From assembly GCA_964493115.1 (NCBI GenBank), contig CAZBNF010000001.1, forward strand, positions 1,786 to 65,785: 64,000 bases of DNA, in the 5' to 3' direction. This stretch comes from an uncultured Planctomycetia bacterium (GTDB lineage Bacteria > Omnitrophota > Gorgyraeia > JABMRG01). Under the pieces are notes generated by a model. It was not told where the DNA came from, made no database searches, and was given only the letters and a program-made list of their open reading frames with translations. A program made the position numbers and the translations under genes. Shown one piece after another: positions 1-10,400 of the stretch; position 1 is the first letter of the stretch; every line of letters begins with the position of its first letter.

Positions 1-2043
1 AACCGTTCCACTACCTACTTTGCTTTCTACCTTTATGCTGCCGTTATTCCGTTGAACAAGTTCCTTGACAACAGCCAAGCCATAACCACTGCCTTTAGCT
101 CCGCCTTTTGTAGTATAAAATGGCTTGAAAACCTTATCAAGATTATCTTTAGGTATGCCGCAGCCCGTGTCTTTTATCTCAACCCTTATTGCTTTGACAT
201 CCTCTTTTGCGATAACCGTAATTGTACCGTTTTCTCCTATGGCCTCAATAGCATTTCTTATGAGATTGAAAAATATCTGCTGCAGCTGATGCTCGTCTGC
301 TATTATCTTTGATAATTCCTTTGCTATTGACTTCGTAACTGTTATTTTTGTCTCTTCAAGTTTATGCCTAAGCAGGGCGAGAGATTCATCTAAAACCTTC
401 TCAATATCAACAGGCTTTGAAGCAACTATGTTTGAGGGCTTCGCAAACCCGGAAAGCTTGCTTGTTATATCCGTTACTTTTTTTATCTCTTCCATGGTAT
501 TTGACATTATCTGTTCTGCCTTATCGGAACCGGCCTTTGAAGATTTTTCATCTTTATCATTAAGATACATCTGCATTTGCATGCTTATCCTGCTTAGCGG
601 GCCGCAGATTTCATGGTTTATAGCAGAGGTAATAGTGCCTATCGTAGCTAGCTTTTCATTCTGAGCAGCCTGCATGAAAAGCCTGGCATTGCTTATAGCT
701 ATGGACAAGGCTTTGGTCAGGGTTGTCAATATGTCAATGTCTTCTGCGCTGTACTCCTGGTCTGATTTTTTAGGGCCTAAGCTTAATATACCTACAAGCT
801 CACTATGGATAATTAAAGGTATGCATAAATGAGAGCATATTTTATCCATATCTTTTTTAACAGCATCAGAGGCCTGAAGTACCTTATCATAGCTTTGATA
901 CAGTAACGGTATGCTATTAGACCGTAATGATTTCATAAGCTCACTTTCAGTATCAAGATATATTCCCTTATCCTCTATGCCGATGGAATCATATATTTCA
1001 TAACCTATTTCCTCCCTGCTTAACAATAGTATCGCACAATTAGCAAGATATAGATTGTTAACCAGCGTCTCCGCTGTAACTTTACAAAGCCTGTCAAGAT
1101 TTAGAATGGTCAATACCTCATCCGCGAAATCCCTTAGAATCTTTCCGGGGCTGTATTTTTTCTGAAAGAGGTACCTGTTTGTTATATTCACAAGGAAATT
1201 CTTAAAAGGATCATGCAGTAATATAATAAGAAAAATGCTTATTGCAATGGATGAATAGAGATTTACTCGTCCGGCAGGCAGCAGGAAAAACGAAACAAAA
1301 CTTACAACCCCGGCAAAAACACCAAACATCAGGCCGAACAAACCGGCAAATACCAGTGTCTTTTTGATTATAACTTCTATATTAAGGAGCTTATGGCGTA
1401 TTATCGCATATGCCACTAATACCACGTATCCGACTATCAAGATATTCGGATATGGTGGAAATTTTATGTTATACCACATAGGCCAATTAGATGCTCCTCC
1501 TATAAATCCAAAAACAGCTGCTACCAAACAATACTTGATCTGCTCATGCTTCAAACCGCTGCTATCTTTTAATCCTAACACAAAATACCTAAAACCATAT
1601 AATGCCTGGGCAAACCAAAAAACTAAATACACACTAAAAAGCGTGCTCGGGACAGGCCACAATCCAAAATTATATTTCGTTATAAAGTTTTCATAAAAAA
1701 AGCCTGAAAAATTACAATAACCGAAAACAATACTAATCACATATATGATAGCCAACGGTTTCTTTTTTTCTGATATTTTATCAGTAAAAACAAAAACAAA
1801 ATGTAGAAAAGCGGCATTTATCAATATAAATCCTAAAACCAGAACTTTAAACCAAAATATTTTGCTCGCCAAATCAGCAGTTACTTGCCACAAGAAATAA
1901 CCTACACTATAAAGCGTTATAGATAAATTAACATTTAAATATGCTTTGCTTGTGGATGTATTAGGGTTTTTTAGGTACCCATATAAGCCAAGCACAAGGC
2001 TGGTTGCTGCATTTAATAAACCGGTAAAAGCTAAAAAAGTCAT
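1..2043 (-). CDS. Sensor histidine kinase: N-terminal multi-TM domain, GAF-like domain, HisKA and HATPase_c. The C-terminal ~20-30 aa run off the left window edge (partial).
   Basis: Reverse-strand translation from ATG at 2043..2041 gives MTFLAFTGLLNAATSLVLGLYGY... with ~7 hydrophobic segments. It is followed by a GAF-like region, an H-box (AINHEICGPLSRISMQMQ) and N/G boxes (IRNAIEAIGENG, GSGYGLAVVKELV) reaching position 1. It is absent from the ORF track because its stop lies outside the window. Confidence 0.7.
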   Translation of the reverse strand, partial: MTFLAFTGLLNAATSLVLGLYGYLKNPNTSTSKAYLNVNLSITLYSVGYFLWQVTADLASKIFWFKVLVLGFILINAAFLHFVFVFTDKISEKKKPLAIIYVISIVFGYCNFSGFFYENFITKYNFGLWPVPSTLFSVYLVFWFAQALYGFRYFVLGLKDSSGLKHEQIKYCLVAAVFGFIGGASNWPMWYNIKFPPYPNILIVGYVVLVAYAIIRHKLLNIEVIIKKTLVFAGLFGLMFGVFAGVVSFVSFFLLPAGRVNLYSSIAISIFLIILLHDPFKNFLVNITNRYLFQKKYSPGKILRDFADEVLTILNLDRLCKVTAETLVNNLYLANCAILLLSREEIGYEIYDSIGIEDKGIYLDTESELMKSLRSNSIPLLYQSYDKVLQASDAVKKDMDKICSHLCIPLIIHSELVGILSLGPKKSDQEYSAEDIDILTTLTKALSIAISNARLFMQAAQNEKLATIGTITSAINHEICGPLSRISMQMQMYLNDKDEKSSKAGSDKAEQIMSNTMEEIKKVTDITSKLSGFAKPSNIVASKPVDIEKVLDESLALLRHKLEETKITVTKSIAKELSKIIADEHQLQQIFFNLIRNAIEAIGENGTITVIAKEDVKAIRVEIKDTGCGIPKDNLDKVFKPFYTTKGGAKGSGYGLAVVKELVQRNNGSIKVESKVGSGTV

Positions 2044-2047
2044 TGTT

Positions 2048-3388
2048 TTATTTCTTGGTTATATTGAAAAATAAAATTATATTGGATTTATCTCTTTCAA
2101 TTTTTAAATCAAAGCTCTCTGCTATGCTGTTATGTACTATATCCAGTATATTCTTTTCGTTTCTTGGATAAAATGTCCAATTAGCCCACCAATCAATGGG
2201 AATGGGGTCATATTGTGTCATATCTTTGTGGGCCAAAACTAAGGAACCCCATGGTTGCAGGATACTAAACCAAAAGGAAATTAGCCGTTTAAGTATTTTG
2301 TCAGGAATATAATCCGCCAATCCTATGCTATAGATAAGTGAATAATTACCTAAAATCTTTTTGTATTCCTGGTCATTTTTTATATAATCTAATACATTAT
2401 GATTCAAATAATTGAATTTTAAATCTTTGGATTCGTAAGAAGCCAGGGCATTTCTGGAAAAATCCAAAGCCTCCTGATCATGATCTACCAATGTAAAAAT
2501 CATTTCTTTTTTTGGTACAGAACCTGTGCACAATACATCTACTATTTCCCTGCAAGATCCACAAGCAATGTTTAATATCTTTATAGCACCGGGTTGTCCG
2601 CTAATCAAATGCTTATTAAGTATGTCCTTCATCTTGTCTTTTCTGTTTCTCACAGCAACAGCATACTTATTATTTAGAAAATACGTGTCCGAGCAATATC
2701 CAATACCTTCCGAAATTGCTTTATTGTCATATATGAATTCTATGGTTAAGTAGTCTCCTGGATATCCACGCGGCTTTTCAAAAGCTCGCTTAAGAATTTT
2801 ACCTTTATACCCCCATGGCCCTAAAAGTGTCCTGAAACACTCTTTCAATTTTTTAGCAAGCGGTTTACTATTAAGCAGATTTTCAATTTCATGACCCTTT
2901 TTTACAATATCATCATTTAAATTTTCAGATTTCTTGCACGCATGGTCTAATAAGATATTATTATCTCGAATACTGCATGCAAGGGAATCCAATTGTGACA
3001 TAAACTTCTTACAATAAACAACAAAAAAATCTATCACTCTTTGTTTTGTTTCAAAAACTGGTATGTTGCCAACTACGCGCTCTATTGCCTTACGTATATA
3101 TATCTCACGTAAAAGATCTCGTTCTTTTTCTTTTAACCGTATAAAACAGGCACCATACCTGAACTTGCCTTTCTGCACAAGCTGCTTGTTCCAGATAACC
3201 TTAAACTCTGTTTTTATTGACTCTTTTGGTGATAACTCTATTTCTGCGGTTACTTTTGACAGCGATAGAGGTTTTTCAAAAACCAGACCAAGGCCTGTCT
3301 GGCTAATATCCACAACCTCGCCAAGAATATTAGAATCAATTTTTATAGGAAAAGACGCGTTGACTCTTGGATATGCCCGATTCTCCAT
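2048..3388 (-). CDS. PilZ-domain protein fused to a class I SAM-dependent methyltransferase (446 aa).
   Basis: The N-terminus has PilZ-like motifs (RAYPRV...DISQTGLGL). The C-terminal half has methyltransferase motif I (ILNIACGSCREIVDV) and downstream motifs (LVDHDQEALDFSRN, IYSIGLADYIPD). Its start overlaps the upstream gene (ATGA at 3388) and its stop lies 4 nt before the kinase start. Confidence 0.6.
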   Translation of the reverse strand: MENRAYPRVNASFPIKIDSNILGEVVDISQTGLGLVFEKPLSLSKVTAEIELSPKESIKTEFKVIWNKQLVQKGKFRYGACFIRLKEKERDLLREIYIRKAIERVVGNIPVFETKQRVIDFFVVYCKKFMSQLDSLACSIRDNNILLDHACKKSENLNDDIVKKGHEIENLLNSKPLAKKLKECFRTLLGPWGYKGKILKRAFEKPRGYPGDYLTIEFIYDNKAISEGIGYCSDTYFLNNKYAVAVRNRKDKMKDILNKHLISGQPGAIKILNIACGSCREIVDVLCTGSVPKKEMIFTLVDHDQEALDFSRNALASYESKDLKFNYLNHNVLDYIKNDQEYKKILGNYSLIYSIGLADYIPDKILKRLISFWFSILQPWGSLVLAHKDMTQYDPIPIDWWANWTFYPRNEKNILDIVHNSIAESFDLKIERDKSNIILFFNITKK

Positions 3389-4302
3389 TACTTAACCTTT
3401 TTTACTAAATCATGCTTAAAACATATTGACCAGAGCATCTTATTAAGGCGCTCTGCGTTTTCCTTGTTCTTTTCTTCGTCATATTTGAACATATCTTCAC
3501 CCTCAACCCAGATACCAGTGCTTTGAATAGTGCCTTTTAAACCGTGGGAATTTATATCCTGTTGTGTGCCGTGTACGATTATCGCCTTGGGGGCATATTT
3601 CGATTTCATAATATCAGCTAGCAGGCCGGCTGTTGGTTCAGATTTTCTGCCATGAGGTTCATCCATAGGCACATCTGTAGCGCATATTACTATATCGGGC
3701 CTGAATGCTGATAATGCTGACAGCACTTCCTTTTGACAATATACAGATATATACTCGTATTCGCCGTAAGGCTCTATAAGCGGGGGTGGGTATTCATTTT
3801 CACCATCCTGAATCGGCAAAAGATACGGCATCCAGAACTCTCTTTCCACAAAAAGTATCTTTGCCACAGGGATAACATCATCGCGTTTTTTGATTTCATC
3901 AAGTGTAACAGGAATAACTGTTGTATCTTTATCTTTCTGAGCCTTTAATACCTCATCAAGCCTTTCTTTTATTTCATTTAATACAGGGGGCTTTGGGAAA
4001 AAGCCGTCAACTCCAAGCTTTGCCACCACATCTTTCACCTGGGAATCATAGCTTGTTATCACTAATACTTTTGTTGAGGCGTATTTCTCGCGTATTATTT
4101 TTAGTATTTGCGTACCTTTTATGCCGGGAAGCTGCATATCAAGCAGAACCGCATCAGGCCTTTGCGTTTCAAGTATTTTCAAGGCCTCTTCACCTGTTAA
4201 GGCAACGTATAATTCATAATCAGAGGCCTTTAAAAAGTAACTTTCAAACAGGTTTACCAGGCTTTGATCATCTTCTACCATGAGAACTTTCATATTAGGC
4301 AT
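3388..4302 (-). CDS. Response regulator: N-terminal REC domain plus an uncharacterised ~180-aa C-terminal output domain.
   Basis: MKVLMVEDDQ...DAVLLDMQLPGIKG...VLVITSY...GVDGFFPKP is a typical CheY-like receiver with the phospho-acceptor Asp in LLDMQLPG. The C-terminal half (DVPMDEPHG...AIIVHGTQQD) matches no family I can name from memory. A GAGGAGG Shine-Dalgarno sequence lies 5 nt upstream. Confidence 0.75.
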   Translation of the reverse strand: MPNMKVLMVEDDQSLVNLFESYFLKASDYELYVALTGEEALKILETQRPDAVLLDMQLPGIKGTQILKIIREKYASTKVLVITSYDSQVKDVVAKLGVDGFFPKPPVLNEIKERLDEVLKAQKDKDTTVIPVTLDEIKKRDDVIPVAKILFVEREFWMPYLLPIQDGENEYPPPLIEPYGEYEYISVYCQKEVLSALSAFRPDIVICATDVPMDEPHGRKSEPTAGLLADIMKSKYAPKAIIVHGTQQDINSHGLKGTIQSTGIWVEGEDMFKYDEEKNKENAERLNKMLWSICFKHDLVKKVK

Positions 4303-4451
4303 ACCATCCTCCTCTTAAAGCTTAGCTTTTTTTAGTTTAGTATTATTATAACAAATAGAAATACCTTATGGTAGGGGAAAGTGAGAGAAGCGGTGTTTTT
4401 TTAATATGATAGTTTTGCTGGGGGTATGAGATATGCGAACAGACTATATAA

Positions 4452-7400
4452 TTACGCGGCTTTTTGTATTGCGCTGTTTCTATTTTTAAGGTTTCTAAGA
4501 TTTGCAGGGTCAATTCTGTTGCTTCTTATATCAACAGCAGGCGTTGTGACCGTGGTTTCTTGTGGAGTCATTAATGTATCGGATGTAATGCTTCTTTGGG
4601 CATTAGCAGATGATAATAATCTCATAACAGCTTTTTCAAGGATCAGGCTTGAGCGATGTTTTTGCTGCAGCCTCTGCAAAACAGGAAGTGCCCTTATATC
4701 TTCTATTTTACCTAATACTTCGGCAAGGCCTTCCATTTGACTTATACTATTAGTTTTTTCTATCGTATTTAGCAAAACAGGCACTATTTCTTTGCCTTTT
4801 TGTGTTAATACCTCTATGGCTTGTTCTCTTTTTTCTAAGGCAAGATGTTCTTCATTATAAGAACCAGCGCTTGAAGATTTCACCTGCATTTCAGCAGTTT
4901 TTGAAAGACTATTAACCCCAACTTCGGAAGCGGGTTTTTGATGCACTATAATATCTATTAAAACTTTGGCCAACACTTTTGGTAAATCATCAATCTCATT
5001 AACTAAAATAAATGGTTTATAAACATCTTTTACGTATTCCATAGCATATCCAATACCTATGCCAATTACTTCTATGTGTTTTCTATGGGCTTCAGCTAAA
5101 TATTTAGTTACACTCTCTCTCCCATTGCCCTGCCCATCTGTAATTACAATAGCTATCTTTGAATCTCCATCTTGACTTTCTAATTCCTTGATTGCCAACT
5201 CTACAGCCTCTGCATCGTTAGTGCCTTGTCCGCGTGCCATATAACTTAGCACTTCACTAATCAGGCTATCCTTGTTTTCATACCGGAATTTCTTGCCAAA
5301 CTCTTTATGAATCCAAGCTCTTTCGCTAAAACCTATTACGCTAAAATCAATATCCAGCCGCGATAGTACTTCTTGCAATAATACCAGGCTATGCATAGCG
5401 TTTATTACCTTATCAGAAGATCCCATTGAACCGCTTTCATCTAAAACAAGTGCAAATTTGAAGCTGCGCTTAGTAGGCTTTACTCTTCTTAACCATATGT
5501 CCATATCTGCGGTTTGTTCCATTTGCATGGCTTTTCTCAAATTTAGTTTTGGCCCGGTAGAATAATCACCTTTATATTTAGGCTTAATGTCTTTATGTAA
5601 TTCATTATCCAAAACACCGAATAACTGTTCAATCAAGCGGGTCATAGGAAGATAGTACTCATCATAACGTGTTAATTTTCTTTTACTATCTTGGTCGAGC
5701 TTCTCTCTAAGCTCTATTTGCTCTAATGCTGAAAGAGATTTTTCGCTTTTAGAAGCTGGGATACTTCGATCCATTAAGCCCTGAGGCTGCCCTACTCCTT
5801 CAGAAATTTTAGATTTACTATCTTTTCGTTCCCGACTTTCTTCTTTAGTAAGTGCGTCTGATGCTGTTTTTTTCTCATCAGTCTTATCTGCGCTACCCTT
5901 TATTACTTGGTTTTTAGTATCTGCTCTGCCGGCATCTTTCTTTACCCTGCTGCTTCCCGCAGTTTTATCTTCGGAAACAGTTTTTTCCAATTCTTCGTCA
6001 ATGGGAAATTTTCGCCCTAAAGCGTCTGCTGCTTCTTTAGATTTTTGTTCAACTTCTTGATTAGCTTTTTCCTGTTGTTGCTGAGAAGAAGCACCCTTAC
6101 CACTAGTTCGACTATTATTTTGCTTAGCTATACTTTTAGAGTCCTCTACGAGCTCATTATACGCGGGCAATATGTTGTGCTTGATAATCCATGCTGCATT
6201 TTGTGCAGCGCTTATTTTTTCTTCTGCGCTAGGGCTGAGATTGATAACAATATGGTGGGTTTCCCCTTCGGATAAACTAATGATTTCTTTATGACCCCTT
6301 GCTGTTGTCAGTACAATTTTATTCTCATCGATGCGCTGTATAGCACTTATATCAGGCTGTCCCAAATATTGCCTTTGCCCTATATGAGGAAGGTCAATAG
6401 ACATTGGTTTAAATACAGGAGAAGAAATTGTTATTCTATTTCCGCGTTCTTTTGTTACTGAAATAGTTCCCGGTAATGTTTCATAGGCCCTAATAGCGTC
6501 TTCCCTGGTTCTTTGCAGGACATCTAAAACGCGCTTATTCTTAATTGCAGGATGCTCTTTACCGTAAAACCAGTGGTGGATCAATCCTAATCCATATTGA
6601 ATATGCGGTAAAACAGTTGAATCATGAAAGGGCTCTTTTTGATCTATGGGGAATGTTTCTTTGTATAGATCTCTAAAGTAAGAAGAAGCCCCCTTATATT
6701 TTGCCATAATCCAATTATTGACCCGTGGATCTTCTACAGCATTAAATAAAAATCTATTTGATTCTGATTCGTGGAATTCGGGGTCAACCCATGTAATGTC
6801 ACGATGGCTGCCCTCATGCATAGCAGTTGCTACGTTGCACCGCCAGTTCTTCTTCATTAAATCCTTCTCAGGAAATACAATCGTGGGCGGGTCGGTATCA
6901 TATGTAATGCCCCATTCGTTTCCTGGATGGGGCTGAACTTTAACATTAAAATCTCCGCCAAAAAATTTCGCGGTTAATTCAATTTTACGCATAGCACTGT
7001 TTACCCGCTGCAGCTTTTGCCAGCGGTTTAACCTGCTAAACCAGCTTAATTCCTGCTGAGCCTCAGTTATATGCAATCCTGCAGAAGATGATTTTTGCGA
7101 AGTCAAATTTTCTGGATTTTTTCCTAGCTGTTCCTGCAAATTCGCTATTTCTTTATACATGCCATCTATTTTCTTGCTTAACTGGGCTAGGGCATCGCTT
7201 GTTGATTTAAGACTTTCTAATTTCTTCTGCATTGTTTCCAGATCATCTTCTGGATCTTTAGCAATTTGGCCTAAGGTTCCTTGCTGTTTTACATTTTTCT
7301 TTAAAATTAAATCTAGCTGTTCTTGAATATCATCAAGTTTGCTTTCAGTGCTTTTGGTTTCAACCGTTTTAGTTTCCAGCTCTTGTTGCGGAGCTCTGGC

Positions 7401-10400
7401 GGACTCCTCTAATCTTGCCTCTTTTTCCTGTCTTTCTTTTTCAGCTTGTGCTTTGTGCGCGGTTTCTGCTTCGGTTGCTTGAATACGGGATTCTGCTTCT
7501 TTAAATTTCTGCTCAAAACGGTCTTTTAATTCTTGCGTTCTTTGTGGATCATGCCTTTCCACAATAACTATCTTTTCTTCAAACAACTTTCTTTCTCTCT
7601 CTAAACCCTCTCTGCTGCCTGCTGAGGATGTCTTAGTAGCCGCGATATTGTCTAGGGACTGCATAATCGACTCTATATCAGACACAGCATTTCCCACGCT
7701 GATTGCAATAGCGCGCTCTGTATCAATCTTTTGCCTTCTGGCATTTATCTCTTTTTCAATATCGGCAAACTCGGCGTACAAGTCCTCTCCATATCCTTGC
7801 TTAAATTCCACGGAATATTTACCCGCATGCTCTTCGGACGCAGCTATCAGGACTATATCATTAACTATATCTTCATTTTTATCTATTATTGACTCTATTT
7901 GTTTAGACTGCTGCCTGCTTAGCTCTTCTAATCTTGCCTCTTTTACAAATAAAGTTCTGGGTTGTGAAATAGTTTTAAAAAACTCATTTGGAATTTCAGT
8001 TTCTTTTGTCTCTCTTTCAGGAGCAGCCAAGTAATGTTTGACTATTGAAATTTGTTCTTCTTCAGGCTGTTCACCAGAAACCCACAGTAAGCTAAATTTG
8101 TTAAGCATGGCCAAAGACAACCTCATTCTGCCTGCATAACTTTCAGGATTCATCGCAGCAAATAACCTAAAGGTGGGGTGTATACGATAAAAACCTTGTT
8201 TCCTCAACTGCGCATGAGCAATACTATCTGCTGTAGCAGGGTCTCGCGTAATGTTACCGCTTTTTAGTATCTCTTCTTTAAGTTTGTTGAATTTAGTATC
8301 ATATAATTTTGCGGGTAAATAAACTTCGTTCTCATGCTCTGTAACCACAAGAATTCCATCATCATCTAAGAGACTATTTATGCGCTCAAGCACTTCAGGC
8401 TCAGCTAAATTTAACTCATCAATGAGAATCCAACTGCCAGTTTCTAATGCTTGGAGCAATGCCCCTGGGTACCATTTATATCGGTTGGTCTTTTCCTCGG
8501 GAATAAACTGACCTATGAGTTCAGCTACATCCGTTTGGCCATCAAGATCTAAACTTATAAAATTTATATTGACAAGATCCGATAGATGTCTTACAAAAGC
8601 AGTTTTTCCGCCTCCTGTTGGCCCGACAAGAAGCATGGGTTCGTTTCTTAGTACCGCCTTGGCTAATTTTTTAAGATACTTAGAGGTAGAAGGTGTTAAA
8701 TCTAAAGGATGAGCAGGAACATAAATATCCCTACGGCCATTTGTTTCAAGATATATATCTCCGAAATATATTTTATTACCCTTACTAGAAATCTGATAAT
8801 CAGTATCATAAAAATCACTGCCAAATTTTTCAGCTAGCGTATCATAAAGATATTTTCTAAGTTCCTCTTGATGCATTTCTTCAGATAATCCATCACCATA
8901 AACTTCTTTGCCCTCTAAAACAGCCGCTCTTCTTAACGTATTTTCATCTTTAACCGTAGTGTCTTTTATGCGGTTCAGCCACCGCATTAAATGTCTAATA
9001 GTATAATATATCTTGCCATCTGCCAACTTTCTCCCTTTCTCTTTTATCTGGAAATGTACATCTAAAAACTTATCTAGAAGCTGGGCAGGGAGCTCCCTTC
9101 CGTAAAGTTCCTTGATGATGTCCATTGTATCGGGGTCTCTACGTAGTTCATCTATCCACTTAACCCTGAATCTATTCATTAAAGCTGGTGAAAATCTTTT
9201 TCTACCAGCATATTCTGCATCAGCGGGATTCATTGTCGCTAACAAACGGAAGTCTGGATGTATGCGGTATAGTTTTGTATCTTTAACCACAAGATACTCT
9301 GCGCCGTTTGAGTCCTTTTTAATCGCATCTGTATTGGATTTAAGTAAAATCTTTTTTTGATCATCATACCTCTCTGCCTGTATCCATTTCTCATTCTCAT
9401 GTTCGGTCACTACTAAAAATCCATCATCGTCTAATAAGGAATTTAATCTCTCAATGATCTGAGACGGGGCAAGATTGATCTCATCTAAAACAAGCCAATG
9501 CCCTTCTCGCATTGCTTCGATTAATATGCCATTGCGCCAAACAAAAACGCCATTTTCATCGGGCTTAAAGCCACCAATAAATTCTAATTTTTCTGTTTGG
9601 CCGCTTAGATTAAATCTTCGGAAATTATTTCGTGATTTATTAGCAAGATATCTTATAAAAGAAGTCTTACCTACGCCTGTTTCTCCTACCAATAAAAGAG
9701 GTTCTTTTAAAATTATACTCAAGGCAATATTGCTGAGATTTAATTTTGTTTGAGGCGTTAAAATAAGTCTTGCAACTTCTTCACTGGGGACATAATCCAA
9801 TGTATTATTTTTATTAACAAGCACTTGGGCACCTTCAATGTCAATTGATTTACTATCAAAATTAATTTCAACAGGCACACGTCCAATCGCATACAATTTT
9901 AAATAATCCAAGTCCAACAACGGGACCGCCATTTGCTTTCCCTTCAAAACATCCTCAATAATCTCTATAAACAGTTTCCTGTCGTTTGTTTTTGAATCCT
10001 CTCCTTTTTCATTTTTATATCTGAATTCTTTGGCATGCAGCCTGTCAATATAGATATAAGCCAGTCCTTTATTAAATGCCTTATTCATGCCAACTTTAGG
10101 GCTCATCATGGAAATATAACGTGATAGAGCCCGCAATTCTCTTATGCTAAACTCATATTCTGCAGTAAAAACTGAAAGTTTTTTAAAAATATCCTGGAGT
10201 TCTGTGTGGAATAAAACCATGGCTTTAGCTGCTGAGTCCAAGGCGTGGCCTTTAATAGTACCTTTTGAATACTCCGATAAATATCCTTTAGTTATTTCCG
10301 TTAATTCTTCAAAAGACATATCGCCAGAAATCCAGATTTCGGTAAATTTATTACGCATTGCTATAGACAGCCTGTTTCTGCCTGCATAATGCTCTGGGTT

